Shown one piece after another: positions 36,856 to 61,191 of a DNA stretch of 64,000 bases. Origin of the DNA: Amoebidium appalachense. Lineage: Eukaryota > Protista > Ichthyosporea. The position numbers were made by a program, and so were the translations under genes. The notes beneath the pieces are model-generated. The model made no database searches, was not told the origin of the DNA, and worked only from the letters and a program-made list of their open reading frames with translations. How positions within the stretch are numbered: position 1 is the stretch's first letter; each line of letters begins with the position of its first letter. The stretch lies in the NCBI GenBank assembly GCA_963693365.1, contig CAVNZM010000002.1:4728259-4792258 (forward strand), given 5' to 3'.

Positions 36856-37605
36856 ATGTAAACAGTTGGACTAGTTAGGATAAGGCAGAGTACAACTGAA
36901 TCAAAATAAAGACAGAGAACGGGTAGAAAGGCACACGCGGCCAGGTTGCTTTTACTATGGGCCGACTCAGTCTGTCTCAGACTTCACTGATGTGATCCCC
37001 GTACTGGGACGGCTTTCTTATATAGCCCCCAGGTTTCGGATCAAGGCCCAGGATTGGTTCATCCGCGGCCAGCGCGGGTGGCAACATGCCATTCGTGATT
37101 CTGGTGCGGTCCGAACCAGTCAGACCTTTGTCCTATTTATGCAAACCTCTTATTGGTTCACTTCGTTTATGTGGTATGCAGCTGAAGAACCATATATGGT
37201 TCAATTCTTAGGTCAGAGTGAGTCCTATTGGTGCGGACATAATATTTATGTGATATTCATGACAAAGCACGAATCGTGTGCTAGTAGATCACATTCTTTA
37301 GTAAACATGTACAGTTCATGTGTACAGTTGTTTACAGAGACACAGAAAAAAATGTGCCGATAAAATACTTAAACGGGGTCCGTCATAATTGGTATGAGAA
37401 CGTCTTTTTTTTTGGGGGGGGGGGGGGGGGGTGGGGGGGGGGGGGTCGGGGGGGAAGAGGGGGAGGGGGGGGGGATTGGAAGACGGGGGGCGGGGGGAGG
37501 GGGAGGGAGGAGCGGGGGCAAGGAGGGAGGGGAGGGGAGAGGGGGGGGGGGGGAGAGGGAGAGGGGGGGGGGGGGGGGACAGAAGGAGAGAGACGGTGCA
37601 TTTGG

Positions 37606-37636
<31 letters not shown>

Positions 37637-37939
37637 GGGGGGGTTGAGAGGGTAAAAGGAGAAGCGAAGGAGTTTAAAGTGTGCTTTGATATGGATTAAA
37701 AATCTGAGAGATGGGGTGTTTTCCCACTTAACATGGAAATGCCACGATTGCACATGCGTGTGTATCTGTGTGCATCTGTGTGCGGGAAGGGGGGGCTCTA
37801 TACATTTTCCACTGAAAATTGGGAAGCAAGGAATGCATGCAGGGCATCCCTTTTTCTTCGATCCTCCAGATGTTCTGCAAGTTCCGAACCACAGTCGCTG
37901 TCTGCTGAAGTGAGCTTCTTGTGCGTGTGTGCGTGTGTG

Positions 37940-38074
<135 letters not shown>

Positions 38075-39760
38075 CAGTGTGCGTGCACGCACTTAAGTGT
38101 ATGTGCGTGCCATGATGTGCCGGTGTAGGTACGTATATGCGTGCTTGTGCGACCGTGTGTGTATGTTTATGTGTTCATGTGTCCATGTGTGTGCACGTGT
38201 GTGTGTACGTGTGGCCGTGTGTTGCCGTGGCTTAGGGATGCCTCCATCTGCTAATAAGTAGGTGCAAGTGGTATCAGGGAGAGAGGGGGGAGGGGGTAGG
38301 AGGGGGGGGGGGAAGGGTGTAGGAGGGGGGGGGGGGAGGAGGGGTTTAGGCATGAAACAGATACATACGAACATCAAAAGGGGTTTATGCTATAAATAAG
38401 GCACGTCAAAAAGTCACGAGGGTCTTTGCCTGTGTGAGTGTGTGGGTGTGTTGGGGGCAGGAAGCGGAGGGGGGGGGGGGAGGGGTGGGGGGGGAGGGGG
38501 GGGGAGAACAAATTCATATGAGATAAGAATGCGGATATCTCAAAAAAGGGTGCAGACACACAATAGTCGATGGAGGAGGAGGAGAGGAGGGGGCGGGGGG
38601 GAGACTAATCATAAATAGGTGCGAGCCATGGAAAATTGAATGGCATTTAACAAGCACACATGTAGAAAACCCACACTTGAGAAGCACCCATAGGCAGTAT
38701 ACGTACGGCACAATTTTTTTCTCGGGAGAGAAGGGGGGGGGGGGGGGGGGGGGGGAGGGGGGGTCGAGGGGGACAAATTTTGGGGGAGGGGGTTGGTGGG
38801 AGTTGGGGGAGGGGGGGGGGGTATAATGATTCTTGAGTACCAATAACACATTATGAGGGACAAATACAATATCATGTTGCAACACACACAAAGATTATCA
38901 TCATAAGCAAAGACCGTGGTTAGGGGAGGGGGGGGGGAGGGGGGGGGGGGGGGGGGGGCGGTGGGTGGGCGGGGGGAGGAGGGGGGGGGGGGGGGGGGGG
39001 GGGGGGGTGGGAAGGCAGAAGAGGATAGGGCTTGTGTCCTTTTTTCGACGGTTCCTATCATAACCCCCCCCCCCCCCCCCCCCCTTCCCGCTCCCAGTTT
39101 CTATGGTGGTGGTGGTGGTGGTGGTGGTCTGTGTGTGTGTGTGTGTGGGGGGGCTACCTCTGTATGTGGCGAGTTGCCCATATAGGCATCCAGATGAGGA
39201 CGGCAAAAGAAACGGCACATGTGACGGTTGCCTGATAGGAGATTAGCATGCCCACATAGCAGAGACCCTCGCACATGCCACTGGTGTGCATGACAAAGAG
39301 GAACGTGCAGGACTTGGGTAGCATCCATAGCAACCAATGGATGCACAGCGCCTGGGTTATAATTTAAAAATGTTATTTGGTGGCCTGAATAAATGAGCAA
39401 TACGTGGGTAGGATCTAAGACATCACAGCGTCTGTTGAGAAGTTGATAGCCGGTGTTTGGGTTTGGTAGTTGAGATAATGGGTCGGCACGAGGGTAGAAT
39501 CCTCAACAGCAGATCAATGCACAGCACTATTTAACGCTAGTTTTTTTTAAGGCTTAGTGGTTACATAGCATGGATAGGACCTCAGCACCTGTGAATGAAG
39601 GGGGTAGGGGGAAGAGGAGAGGGGGGAAGGGGGGGGGGGGGGGGGGGGGGGAAGGGAAAGGCTGGGTACCGAGGGGTGGGCAAACGGGGTAGAAGGTGGG
39701 TGGTTCTTTTTTTTCTTTCCGCTCTATGGGAAGGAGTGGGGAGAGGGGGAAAGGGAGAAG

Positions 39761-39791
<31 letters not shown>

Positions 39792-40227
39792 GGATGAGCT
39801 TGTGAGCATAGACACGGAGATCTTCTGTGTGGCAGTAAGAAAACCGATTGCTTTGCTCGGTTTGGTTAGAGTGAAATGCAAAGGGGTGGTAGAGAAAGAG
39901 TACACTTACTTTTTCTTTTCTTTTTCTCTCTCTTATTTTTCTTGGAAGAGGGGGGGGGGGGGGGGAGTGGGGAGGAGGTGGAGAAAGTGGTGGGGGGGTG
40001 GAGGGGGGTGGGGATATTAAGTCACACACACAGCCACCGCAAGTGTAGCGAAGGCTGCAGACTCACACACATCCGACTCCATACCTATGCATGTTCAGTG
40101 CACACAGGTACATAACGCGGGCATTACTATGATAATACACCGTGTGAATCTGAATCTGAATGGACACACACAGAAAACAGAAGACAGACACACGGGTCCC
40201 ATGCGCGCGCACACACACACATGCACG

Positions 40228-40322
<95 letters not shown>

Positions 40323-41245
40323 TGACACACACACACACGCGCACACACACACACACACACACACTCGCACACCCACCCACACACACACACCTCCGCCTCC
40401 TTGATGCAGATTCCTCCTCACCCTCCACTTCATCCAAGTGTCCCTTTCCATCGGCCCGTCCTTTTTCCTCCATAAACCGCCCAAGTCCCCTTACCACATA
40501 CTCTCTCCCCCTCTTAATCACACTGTCCTCCGATCCCCTTCTACCTATCTCCCTCCCTCTCTCACTGATCTCACAGGCAGTCTCATGCCCACGGTGCTGC
40601 CCCATAACAGAAATGCCCTGTGATTGGATCCCCCCACCGTGACATGCTCCCTCATCCCCACCCGAGTTTCGCCAATGCACCTCACTCGAATCCGGGTTAA
40701 GTAGGTGGTCCGCCCGGCAATGGTTGAAACACAGCCACCAGCCTCTCGCCATCATTGTCTGCGTGGTACACATGCACATTAGCCCCCACAGAAACTACAC
40801 GACTGTTCGGCACACATTCGTTCCATGCGTGGCCCATGCTGTACCCGAATAAGTGAAAGGTGTAGAAAGATTCCAGGACTTTCCACAAAAGAGCACACAA
40901 ACACGTGATAACTGCATTTTTTGGCCATTGTTCGGAAACCGGAAAAGTTTTACGTAACGACCAGTAGAAGACCAGCGAGATGATGCAAATGATGAGGAAT
41001 ATGGGAACGAAGGCTATATGAATCCAATAGTTGGTTTTGGCTGAAGTTGAGAGGAACTCCCCTGTGCATGGAACGAATATTCCGGAGGTGGAGGGGGTAT
41101 CCTCGTCTAAAATGGAGGTTGTCATTGTGAGGTTGCGTGGTGAAGTTTCCATTCCCAGGCAGGAGCGAGCAAGAACATCACGCGAGCGGACTCCCTTTGG
41201 GGTTGAATTATCATTTTGTTGTTCGAAAGCTTTAGGGATGGGATA

Positions 41246-42571
<1,326 letters not shown>

Positions 42572-44037
42572 TAGGACAAGGGTGCCAAGTGAGAAGGAAA
42601 ATCATCGGGAAAAAACCAAATGATTTGATGTCATCTACGCATCTACATGTGCCATGTGTGATACTTATCACGCAAACATCCTGGGTCACCACTGGGTTAG
42701 TAAGGACCGAGTACAGACCTACGTACTGGCATGATGATATACGTAGGTCATGATCAGAATGAGACTGCCCTGCCATACATACTATTTGAAACTTATTGTC
42801 CATATATATATATATATCTATATATCTCCTATGTGACGGGCGTTGGACCTGTTTTATATTACGTTGTTACGCAAGCGTTATAACACTTCACTGATGATCG
42901 AGTATACTGCACTGTTTAGGGGGATTGTGCAAAAGACAATTGTTGTAGATCACTCAGGAGCTTTATTTCAGGCAGACTCTCACGGCCTAAACTGCGTAAA
43001 TGATACTCGAAGCAATTATATTGAGCGTATAATAATGGTATTGTAATAAGGCGTCACGAGGCATTCAGTGTGTGTGGAGACATCAAACCAAGTGCAACTT
43101 GGGGAAAAGCGTGACGGCCCGTCGGACCGTGAGGCCGACATAAAGCCACATTGGTTCCCCCTACCGGAACAGAATTTGAATGCAGGAATGATCGATTATC
43201 AGCTAAGTCACTCAACGGGTATGTAAAAAGAGATGGTGCACGACTTTGGTATCAATGGAAAAACATTAGAAAATATGCTGAATCAAATATATGTGCCAAA
43301 TAACCGACGTATTAAATATCAAGGACTTCTTTGTGAAATTTAAGATATGATCACTTGAAGTCAGTTAAAACTTTACTAAGGAGAAAAAAATCAGTCGTTA
43401 TCTCCTCCGTTCAGTCGTTATCTCCTCCGTATCCGGGAGTAGGGCTTTTATATCTTATTTACTGAGATATCTTTGATATCTCGGTTGCCTCTATTTTTAC
43501 GAGCACATTAATAAAGTCATTAAAAAAAAACGACCAATCTGCGCCTAATTGGTTAGGGTATAGGGTGACTAAGAAAACAAGGAACCGCGTGTTCATTGGT
43601 AGATAGAGCATCGTTTGGAATCTGCAAAGCCGCCACTTGTTTTGGGGCGCTTTTGAGGATCAGCAGCGGATCGACATCATGATGGTTGCACGGGCATGGC
43701 CGCAGAATGAACCTTGCAAGTACCTGCCATGTACATTGTACACACAGGCTCGGCTGTCTGCAGGGCTGATATCTCAGCTGCTGGCTTACTAGTATACGGC
43801 CACCACAGGCTAGCAAGAATACTCTTTGACAGGGTCGGGAGCATGCATGCATATAAGCATGGTTGATGGCTAAGGGATCGCTGAATCTGAGTATCATATG
43901 ATAGCGAGGTGCACCGTCGCGCACGTGCACGTGCCTACTTGACCGATGCGCTATCTATATTATTCGAGTTGTACTTGTTGTAGCACATCAACTGAGTGTG
44001 CATCGATCATGCGCAATTGCAAGGTTGGTTACGTAAA

Positions 44038-44305
44038 CGTGACTATGTCGACGCCGTTTCTCAGCTGCAGACGCTGCGGCTCAGTCCCAGACCCTCACTA
44101 GACCCCAACCCCTGGTTAGGCCCCTTGAGTAACCATTGGGGAAGACCTGAGCTCATGCGTGCACGTGAGCTCCTCGACGTCGACCAGGCCTAGGCCGCAG
44201 TGCCTGGCGGCCAGCGGCACTTCGCATGCCGCAGCGCCTGGCGACTACACCCTCGAGACAGGCTCTCGAGACAGTCGCCAGGCCCAGGCGACGGTCACGC
44301 TTTTT
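44038..44305 (+). ncRNA. Candidate structured non-coding RNA (~265 nt), family unassigned
   Basis: The ends pair (CGTGACT-at-GTCG 44038-44050 with CGAC-GGTCACG 44289-44299) and are followed by TTTTT. Internal stems 44149-44172 and 44236-44283. GC-rich island with no convincing ORF. Confidence 0.35.
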
Positions 44306-45029
44306 CACGATCGTCGTGTTCCTACAAAATGAAATGTGAAAGACCTTTGAAGCCACATCATGTCCTGTGAGTTGCTTATGATTTGATTAGTAAAAGATTC
44401 AGACACGGAGATGGTGTCTGAACAGTAGGGGTAGGCGGTAGTCACACACCGTCCGGGTACACCGGGTGATGACGGACTACAACGTGTAGGTGCCTGAGCG
44501 CATACCGTGTGACATTCGCCTACTTTGATTGGCTCTTATTGCATCTGTGTTTACAGTATTTGCCGAACATCTATTGGCTAAATGTGCATCAGCTCTAGGA
44601 GGTCAAATGTTCATCCAATCATATTGGCGGATGGATTTACAGACATGATAAGATTCAAATAGATTTCAATAGATCTCACCGCCGGGGAGGAAAACTGGGC
44701 CGGGCGTTTTTAAAGCGGGAAGAAACTTTGAATATAAACGCGTATGACTATATGCCAGGCTAAACATTATTCAAAAGCCGCAGTAGTATGAATGTACAGC
44801 ACTATATTATTTATACGCGGAAGGATTATGTAATCGATATGTACAGACCGTCATCTAAAGAGAGCGCTAATTAGCGACCGCATGCGCGTATCTGTAAATA
44901 TAACAAATTGACCGTCTTCGACCTTCTTCGACGTATAGTAGACAGCTGGTAATCTTACACCCGGCCCCACATCTCCGAGGGCCGCTCGCCCGGCCCGGCT
45001 CGCCCTCCCCCGGCTTTCGCGGCCTGCAC

Positions 45030-45067
<38 letters not shown>

Positions 45068-45368
45068 TCCAACCCCAACCCCCCAACCCCAACCCCCAAG
45101 TTCCCCAACCCCCTCCCCCTCCAAAAAAAACAAAAACAAAACAAAAAAAAGGTGACGTGAATAAAGAATAAAATCAATCGCAAAATAGCAGAACAAAACA
45201 AATTCATATTCGCGAGACTGCCGCTGGTCAGCCAGTGCCGGTCACAGGCGTCGACCCTGTACAGCATGCATGTGCCTCGAGTAAACAGCGCTGCCAAGTT
45301 TGAAACTCGTGTGTAAATGCGTGTGTGCGAGTGTGTGTGCGCGTTGCCGGTGTGTATTTGTGTATGTG

Positions 45369-45403
<35 letters not shown>

Positions 45404-45623
45404 AAATGTGTGTGCGTGGCACAGTGCGTGTGTACATGTACATGTGTGCTTGACCGTCGTGTGAGTGTGTGTCTGCACGCGTGACGCTAGTACTGTGCGT
45501 TGTGCGTGGGTTTGTGTGACACTGCGTGTGTGACAATGTGTGTGTGTGTACGTGTATACAATGTGTGTGTGTGTATACGTGTTTACGTGTGTGTGTGTGT
45601 GTACATGTGTGTGTGTGCGTGTG

Positions 45624-45655
<32 letters not shown>

Positions 45656-45662
45656 TGTGTGT

Positions 45663-45710
<48 letters not shown>

Positions 45711-46043
45711 GCGTGTGTGTGTGTGTGCGTGCGTGTGTGCACGCGCACGGGTGTGTTTGCGCACCGCGCGCGCGCGCTTGTGTGTGTGTGTGTTTGTGTG
45801 TTTGTGTGTGTGTGTGTGTGTGCATCATATGCACGGCCATGATCACCCTGTGCCTTTTGACCCGGTAGCCAATCAATAACAGTACTGGAATGATTCGAAG
45901 TGCCACAAATATCATATGCCACTCGTAGGCAGCCTAGGCCGAGTCCTTTATGATACACTACGACGGTGTCCGAATTCGACTCAGGCATCGGTCAACAGGC
46001 TCGGGAGCTCGAGTCGCCAACTTTACCGTAAGTTATAACTCTG

Positions 46044-46079
<36 letters not shown>

Positions 46080-47228
46080 CCCAAATAATAAAAAAAATAA
46101 CTTAAAAGTCGCTCTCCTCCTTTCAGCCCTTTGCCTCCCAGGAATCATCAATATGTCATGATCACCACCCCATGGCCAGATCTCAATTAGGCCCTCTGGC
46201 AAGGAACACCAATCCTGACGGCGCGGCAAGCGGTACCTCACGTCGCACTTGTAATCAACAGGTCTAGGGGGGAAGGCAGGTGTTGCCGTGGCCGTGGTCA
46301 TCATGGCCGATGCCAGATGTAAACACACAGGTGCCATTTTTCATTATTGCAATGCACAACCTGTACGTGTGCTAACGTGATGCCGTGCTTAGTGGTATTC
46401 GGCGTGGAAGTACAGGCGTCTAATTGAGCATGGAATGGCCTAGAATATCACCTCGGTGGACACAGGTCAGTTGGAGGCGGTCACTGTACCCGGCCCGGAG
46501 TCAGTGTGGCGCAGCCTGCTGCTGAGGGGAAGGCTCCTTTCGAGACGAGGAGTGACGGTACAGTGGAAGGGGCGACGGTGGCGTTCTAAATATAAACTCA
46601 CGGACTGTTGGAAGAGCTAAATATAGCCCAACACGCATTACGTAACAAAAAGACGCGTGACGTCACGATCGTCATCGCGACTCTGCACAGTGTGACAGAC
46701 AGTACACTCAAACGTACTGAAACAGGCTATGCAGTTTGCATGATGCTTGCAGCAAGCATGTTCTACCAAGTTGTCAACTCTACATATTTAGAAGGGGCAC
46801 ACCCGCACGCATAAACATACGCTTTCTTCAACGAGCACAAAAAGCACTGACTGTTTCCCACCTGTATGCATATTCGGACAAGCACTCACACACGCACGAC
46901 ACTCAAAGGCACGAGCGCCCAACTTCTGGCAAAATTGCCAGCACGCACACACACACACACACACACGCGCAAAGTTTTTGGTTTATAAAAATTAAGTTAA
47001 ATACTCGAAGCAGCAGCATCGCCAGTGTTCATGTTATCATCCGATTTATAGGCAACGTGTGGTGGCATACCCGCCTACATATATCGGAGTAACTCACCCT
47101 ACACGATATAACGTTCGCCCACGTGCATGTTACTTCTCAAAACTTCTCTCTCATTTTAGACCGCGTTATAACGATCATCACTTTTCTAACGATCATCATT
47201 TAGTTTTCCTTTCTTATTTTGCGCAAAA

Positions 47229-48056
47229 ATGGACCTCTGGCCCCTTGACGATCCCTATTCGTACGACCGACCCGTGTCCCCCTCCGAAACCGAAAACCTC
47301 CCCCGCCTCGAGCAATGGGTTCTCTCTGCTGTGATGAAACGCGACTTGGTGCTTCTGCGTGACCTCGTCGAGCTCAAGGGGGTAAACATCGATTTCGTGT
47401 GTGCTTTCGGTACCCCGCTGATAACCTCCATCAAGATGCGCTATGAGGATGTGTTTACGTTTTTGCTCGAGGCAGGGGTTAACATTGATATGCAGGACTT
47501 CCGTGGGTGGACGGCGCTTCATTGGGCGGCATCCATGGGGAATGTCGATGCTGTCGACACACTTTTGCACCTTGGTGCAAACAGTGGCATCGAATCGAAC
47601 TCGGGGAAGTCGGCCGTAGATTTGGCCGTGCTGAGGGGCCACACCTTGTGCGCAAACAGAATAGACCCCAAGTGGAGTGAACCCCCCCCTCCCGCACCCG
47701 CAACATCCCTACCTCCACCCTCGGCAACCGCTCCGGCACCGGCACCGGCGTCCCCCCCACCCACTGAGCCCACCCCTGCGCCTGTGTCTGTAAAAGGAAA
47801 GGCGTCTTCAAAGGTTCCCTCTACCCCAGCAGTTGGTGCGAAATCTGACGATGACATGTCAACCCTGGCGGAGGTAAAAGCTGAAGATGTGAAAAGTAAG
47901 GAAGCGGTAAAACCCGCGAAGAAGGAGAATGTGAAGAAAGAAAAGAAGGAAAAGGGGGAGGGGGGGGACAGGAAGGAAGGTGGGGATGCAGGGAAAGAAG
48001 GGGAGGCCAAAAAGGAGGAGGGGCAGGGAGGGGGAGGGTGGCGACATGGTCAATAG
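47229..48056 (+). CDS. Ankyrin-repeat protein with Pro-rich and Lys/Glu-rich tail; probably the N-terminal part of an ankyrin-GATA protein
   Basis: Ankyrin motifs GTPLITSI...[35 protein letters not shown] and [13 protein letters not shown]; AAAAATGG start context. Confidence 0.85.
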   Translation: MDLWPLDDPYSYDRPVSPSETENLPRLEQWVLSAVMKRDLVLLRDLVELKGVNIDFVCAFGTPLITSIKMRYEDVFTFLLEAGVNIDMQDFRGWTALHWAASMGNVDAVDTLLHLGANSGIESNSGKSAVDLAVLRGHTLCANRIDPKWSEPPPPAPATSLPPPSATAPAPAPASPPPTEPTPAPVSVKGKASSKVPSTPAVGAKSDDDMSTLAEVKAEDVKSKEAVKPAKKENVKKEKKEKGEGGDRKEGGDAGKEGEAKKEEGQGGGGWRHGQ

Positions 48057-48276
48057 GGTGTGTGAGGATTGCGGGACCTCAGATACCCCCCAGTGGAGGA
48101 GGGGACCCACGGGGGATGTGACATTGTGCAACGCGTGCGGATTGAAATTCTGCCATCAGCAAAACAGGGAGACGAAAAACGCGAGGAGGAGAGAGCTGTA
48201 CTTGTTGCAGAAGAGAACAAAGGAGGCACAAAGGCAGGAGCAGCGCATGTTTGCCATATACGACCATCATATGTGA
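47980..48276 (+). CDS. GATA-type zinc finger (C-x2-C-x18-C-x2-C) with basic tail, in the +1 frame relative to the ankyrin ORF
   Basis: [30 protein letters not shown] followed by a basic helix; in-frame ATG at 48046. Confidence 0.85.
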   Translation: MGMQGKKGRPKRRRGREGEGGDMVNRVCEDCGTSDTPQWRRGPTGDVTLCNACGLKFCHQQNRETKNARRRELYLLQKRTKEAQRQEQRMFAIYDHHM

Positions 48277-49207
48277 GGGGGGGGGGGGGGGGGGGGGTAT
48301 GGTGGTTTCTGACATATGTAGTGGAGGGGGGTTTGTGGCTTCTTTTGTCCATTGTGTGAAAGGGTGGTTGGGGAGAAAGGGAGGGGGGGGGGGGGAGGGG
48401 GAGGGGGGAAGGGTGGCTCATGGTTGTTCCTGTTCAAGTCTTGGTGTGCTAGTGTGGCTAATATTAGACGGGGAAGAGCAACACAATGACGTTATTTTCG
48501 CATTTCTAGGTTATATATTTTTCCCGCCCTTTTTTAATACTGCAACTGCCATTGCTAGTATATATATATTGGGTTTGTAGCTTTGTGTACGTGGTCTTTT
48601 CTTCTCATTCCCCCCTTTCCTTTCTTTCCCTGTCTGTCCTTTCTTTAGAGGCCTCTCTTTTTTTGGGGGGGGGGGTGGTTGGGGGGAGGGTGGGGGAGAG
48701 GGGGAAGGAGAGGGAGGGAAGGGGGTTGGGGGGGGGGGGTGGGGTGGGGGGGGAGGGGGTTATAATTCGTTTAACGGTTGAGTTTTTTGGCGAACCGGGT
48801 TTTTAAGTGATTTGTGTGGTTGGTTGTGGGTTGGGGAGCCAGCCCCCCCCCCCCCCTCCCACCCCCTCCCCCCCCCCCCCCCCGGGCGGCGGCGGGGGAA
48901 AGGGGGGGAGGTCTTGCTAGTGTTTACCTCATGGATTTCTCCCCCTCCCCCCTTCGCCACTTCCCCTATTTGGTTATGTACAAAAGATAATTTATCCTCG
49001 AAAGCTTAGTGTCGCTCTACTCTTGCAAATCACCAATGTATAGCATAGAAGCTGAAGTTAAAAAGCGCTTCTTGTAACATCAGAATTCCAAATATGATCG
49101 CCGGTCGATGAAGGCTATTCCCGACATGGCGGTAAAATCAGAACCAAGACTTAAATGATGCGCTCTATGACCACCCCCTTCCCCCCCATCCCCTCTCCCC
49201 CCCCCCC

Positions 49208-49239
<32 letters not shown>

Positions 49240-49704
49240 ACACGCTCACACCGGTCCTCCCCCCCCCTCCCCCCCCCCCCCCCCCCCCCCGCCCCAAACA
49301 CACACACACACACATACAGAACCAGCACCACCCCCGACCTCCCCACACATCTATGGTGACGCACACACTCATGTATACATGCGCACATTTGCACACCGTA
49401 ATGTGCACACACACACATGCATGCACGCACACACATGCACACCCCACACACAACAACAGCGCAACATGCACACACACACACATTCACACACACGGACACA
49501 TGTGAGCACACACACATGCGCACACACGCACACACATGGACACACACATACCAAGCACGCACAAACTTTGCTGCACATACAATATGCATATACACAAACG
49601 GATATCCACAAGCATACTCACGCCCGCCCGTCAACCTGACTAGAACCCCCCCCCCCCCCCCCCCCCCTCTCCCCCCCCCCCCCCCCCCATCCCCCTCCCC
49701 CCCT

Positions 49705-49767
<63 letters not shown>

Positions 49768-50957
49768 AACACACACACACACACACACACACACTACTGA
49801 GGCCGACACCACCCACCCACCAAACCAACCTGCACGCGTGCACACAGCCACACACCCTACATCCGTGTACTCTACTCAGCACCCCCGACCCACCCCCCCT
49901 TCCCCCCCTCCCTCCCGTTTCCCCTCCCCTCCCCGGGCCTATGAGGCCCTGTCACAGCGTGTACACATGTATTTTCTTTTTCATGTGTGTGTGCAGTGTG
50001 TATGTGTGTTTGTGTTTGTGTGTGAGTGTGTGTTGGGGAGGGGGGGGGAAGGGAAGGGGAGGTGAAGGGATGGGCTGCATAATAGCAGGCTTGGCTGACC
50101 TGTAACAGTTTCGCATGCTTGGTTTATTTACGTCGTGTTCATATAGACAGGTGTGCAAACCCATCCCATTCATTCACGTGCTAAGATGTACCAACTAAAG
50201 CTTACACTGCATATCCCTCGTCTTTTTCAATTTTGAAACCTTTGCACGAACTATTTACACTACAGATCTAGACCAGCCCTTCCCCCCCCCCCCCCCCCCC
50301 CCCCCTCTCTCTCCCTCCCTCCCCCTTCCCCCGACAATGTGGGAGCATGTACAACCGTTTGCACCCACCCAGTCTTTGTATCTAGATAAGATGGTATAGT
50401 TGGGAAATAAGAAAAGAAAGGCAATCTCAACGCAGACCATTCGACCGTCTCATTGTTTTATGTACAAATGATCCCATTCTCCTTTTTCCAGTTGTTTTTC
50501 CTTGCATTTATTGGCGATGCCGTGTGCGTGCGTGCGTGCGTGTGTGCGTGCATGCGTGCGTGCGCGGGCATGTGTGTGCATGTGTGTGTGTGTGCGCCCG
50601 CGCGTGTGTGTCCGTGTGTGTGCACGCACATGTATGTGTGTACGAGCCTGCATGCATGTGTATGCTGGAAGGAGGTTGGGGCATGAGGAGTGAGGGGAAT
50701 GTTACAATCCGTATACGTTATGTGATATGAATCAACAGACAGTAGCAGAACACAAACATGGGGAAAACCCTTCAACACGAAACATAAAAAGAGCACACAG
50801 GTTCTTACCATCTAGCGTATTGCCAGAAAAAACCTTCAGGAAAAACACAATGACCTCAGGCGTGGTGAAATATGGGCTGTTAAATGATTGGCCGTTTCAA
50901 TCAATTCACGCGTCAATTCTTCAGGCCTCAATAGGTGTGATAATGCACCAATGGGAA

Positions 50958-61191
<10,234 letters not shown>

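Larger units (their letters stand above)
33736..37336 (-). mobile_element. Non-autonomous LTR retrotransposon (3601 bp) in an intron of the RGS pseudogene
   Basis: 480-bp LTRs at 33736-34215 and 36857-37336 (TGTAAACA...TGTTTACA, 1 mismatch seen); TSD GAGAC (33731-33735, 37337-37341); PBS and PPT on the minus strand. No recognisable gag/pol in the 2.6-kb interior. Confidence 0.95.

Noticed and set aside
33871-37363. Duplicated 123-126 aa ORFs at 33871 and 36992
   Set aside because: They lie within the two LTRs, start with GTG and have no recognisable motifs.
42803-43400. Helitron 5' end after the (TA)n run
   Set aside because: The TC-TATATA start is suggestive, but no matching 3' hairpin-CTRR end was found.
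44138-44410. Firm RNase P or telomerase RNA call
   Set aside because: No well-matching P4 partner or CR-V. The TTCAGAC at 44398 is tied up in a local hairpin, and the C-rich template-like word is expected by chance in this genome.
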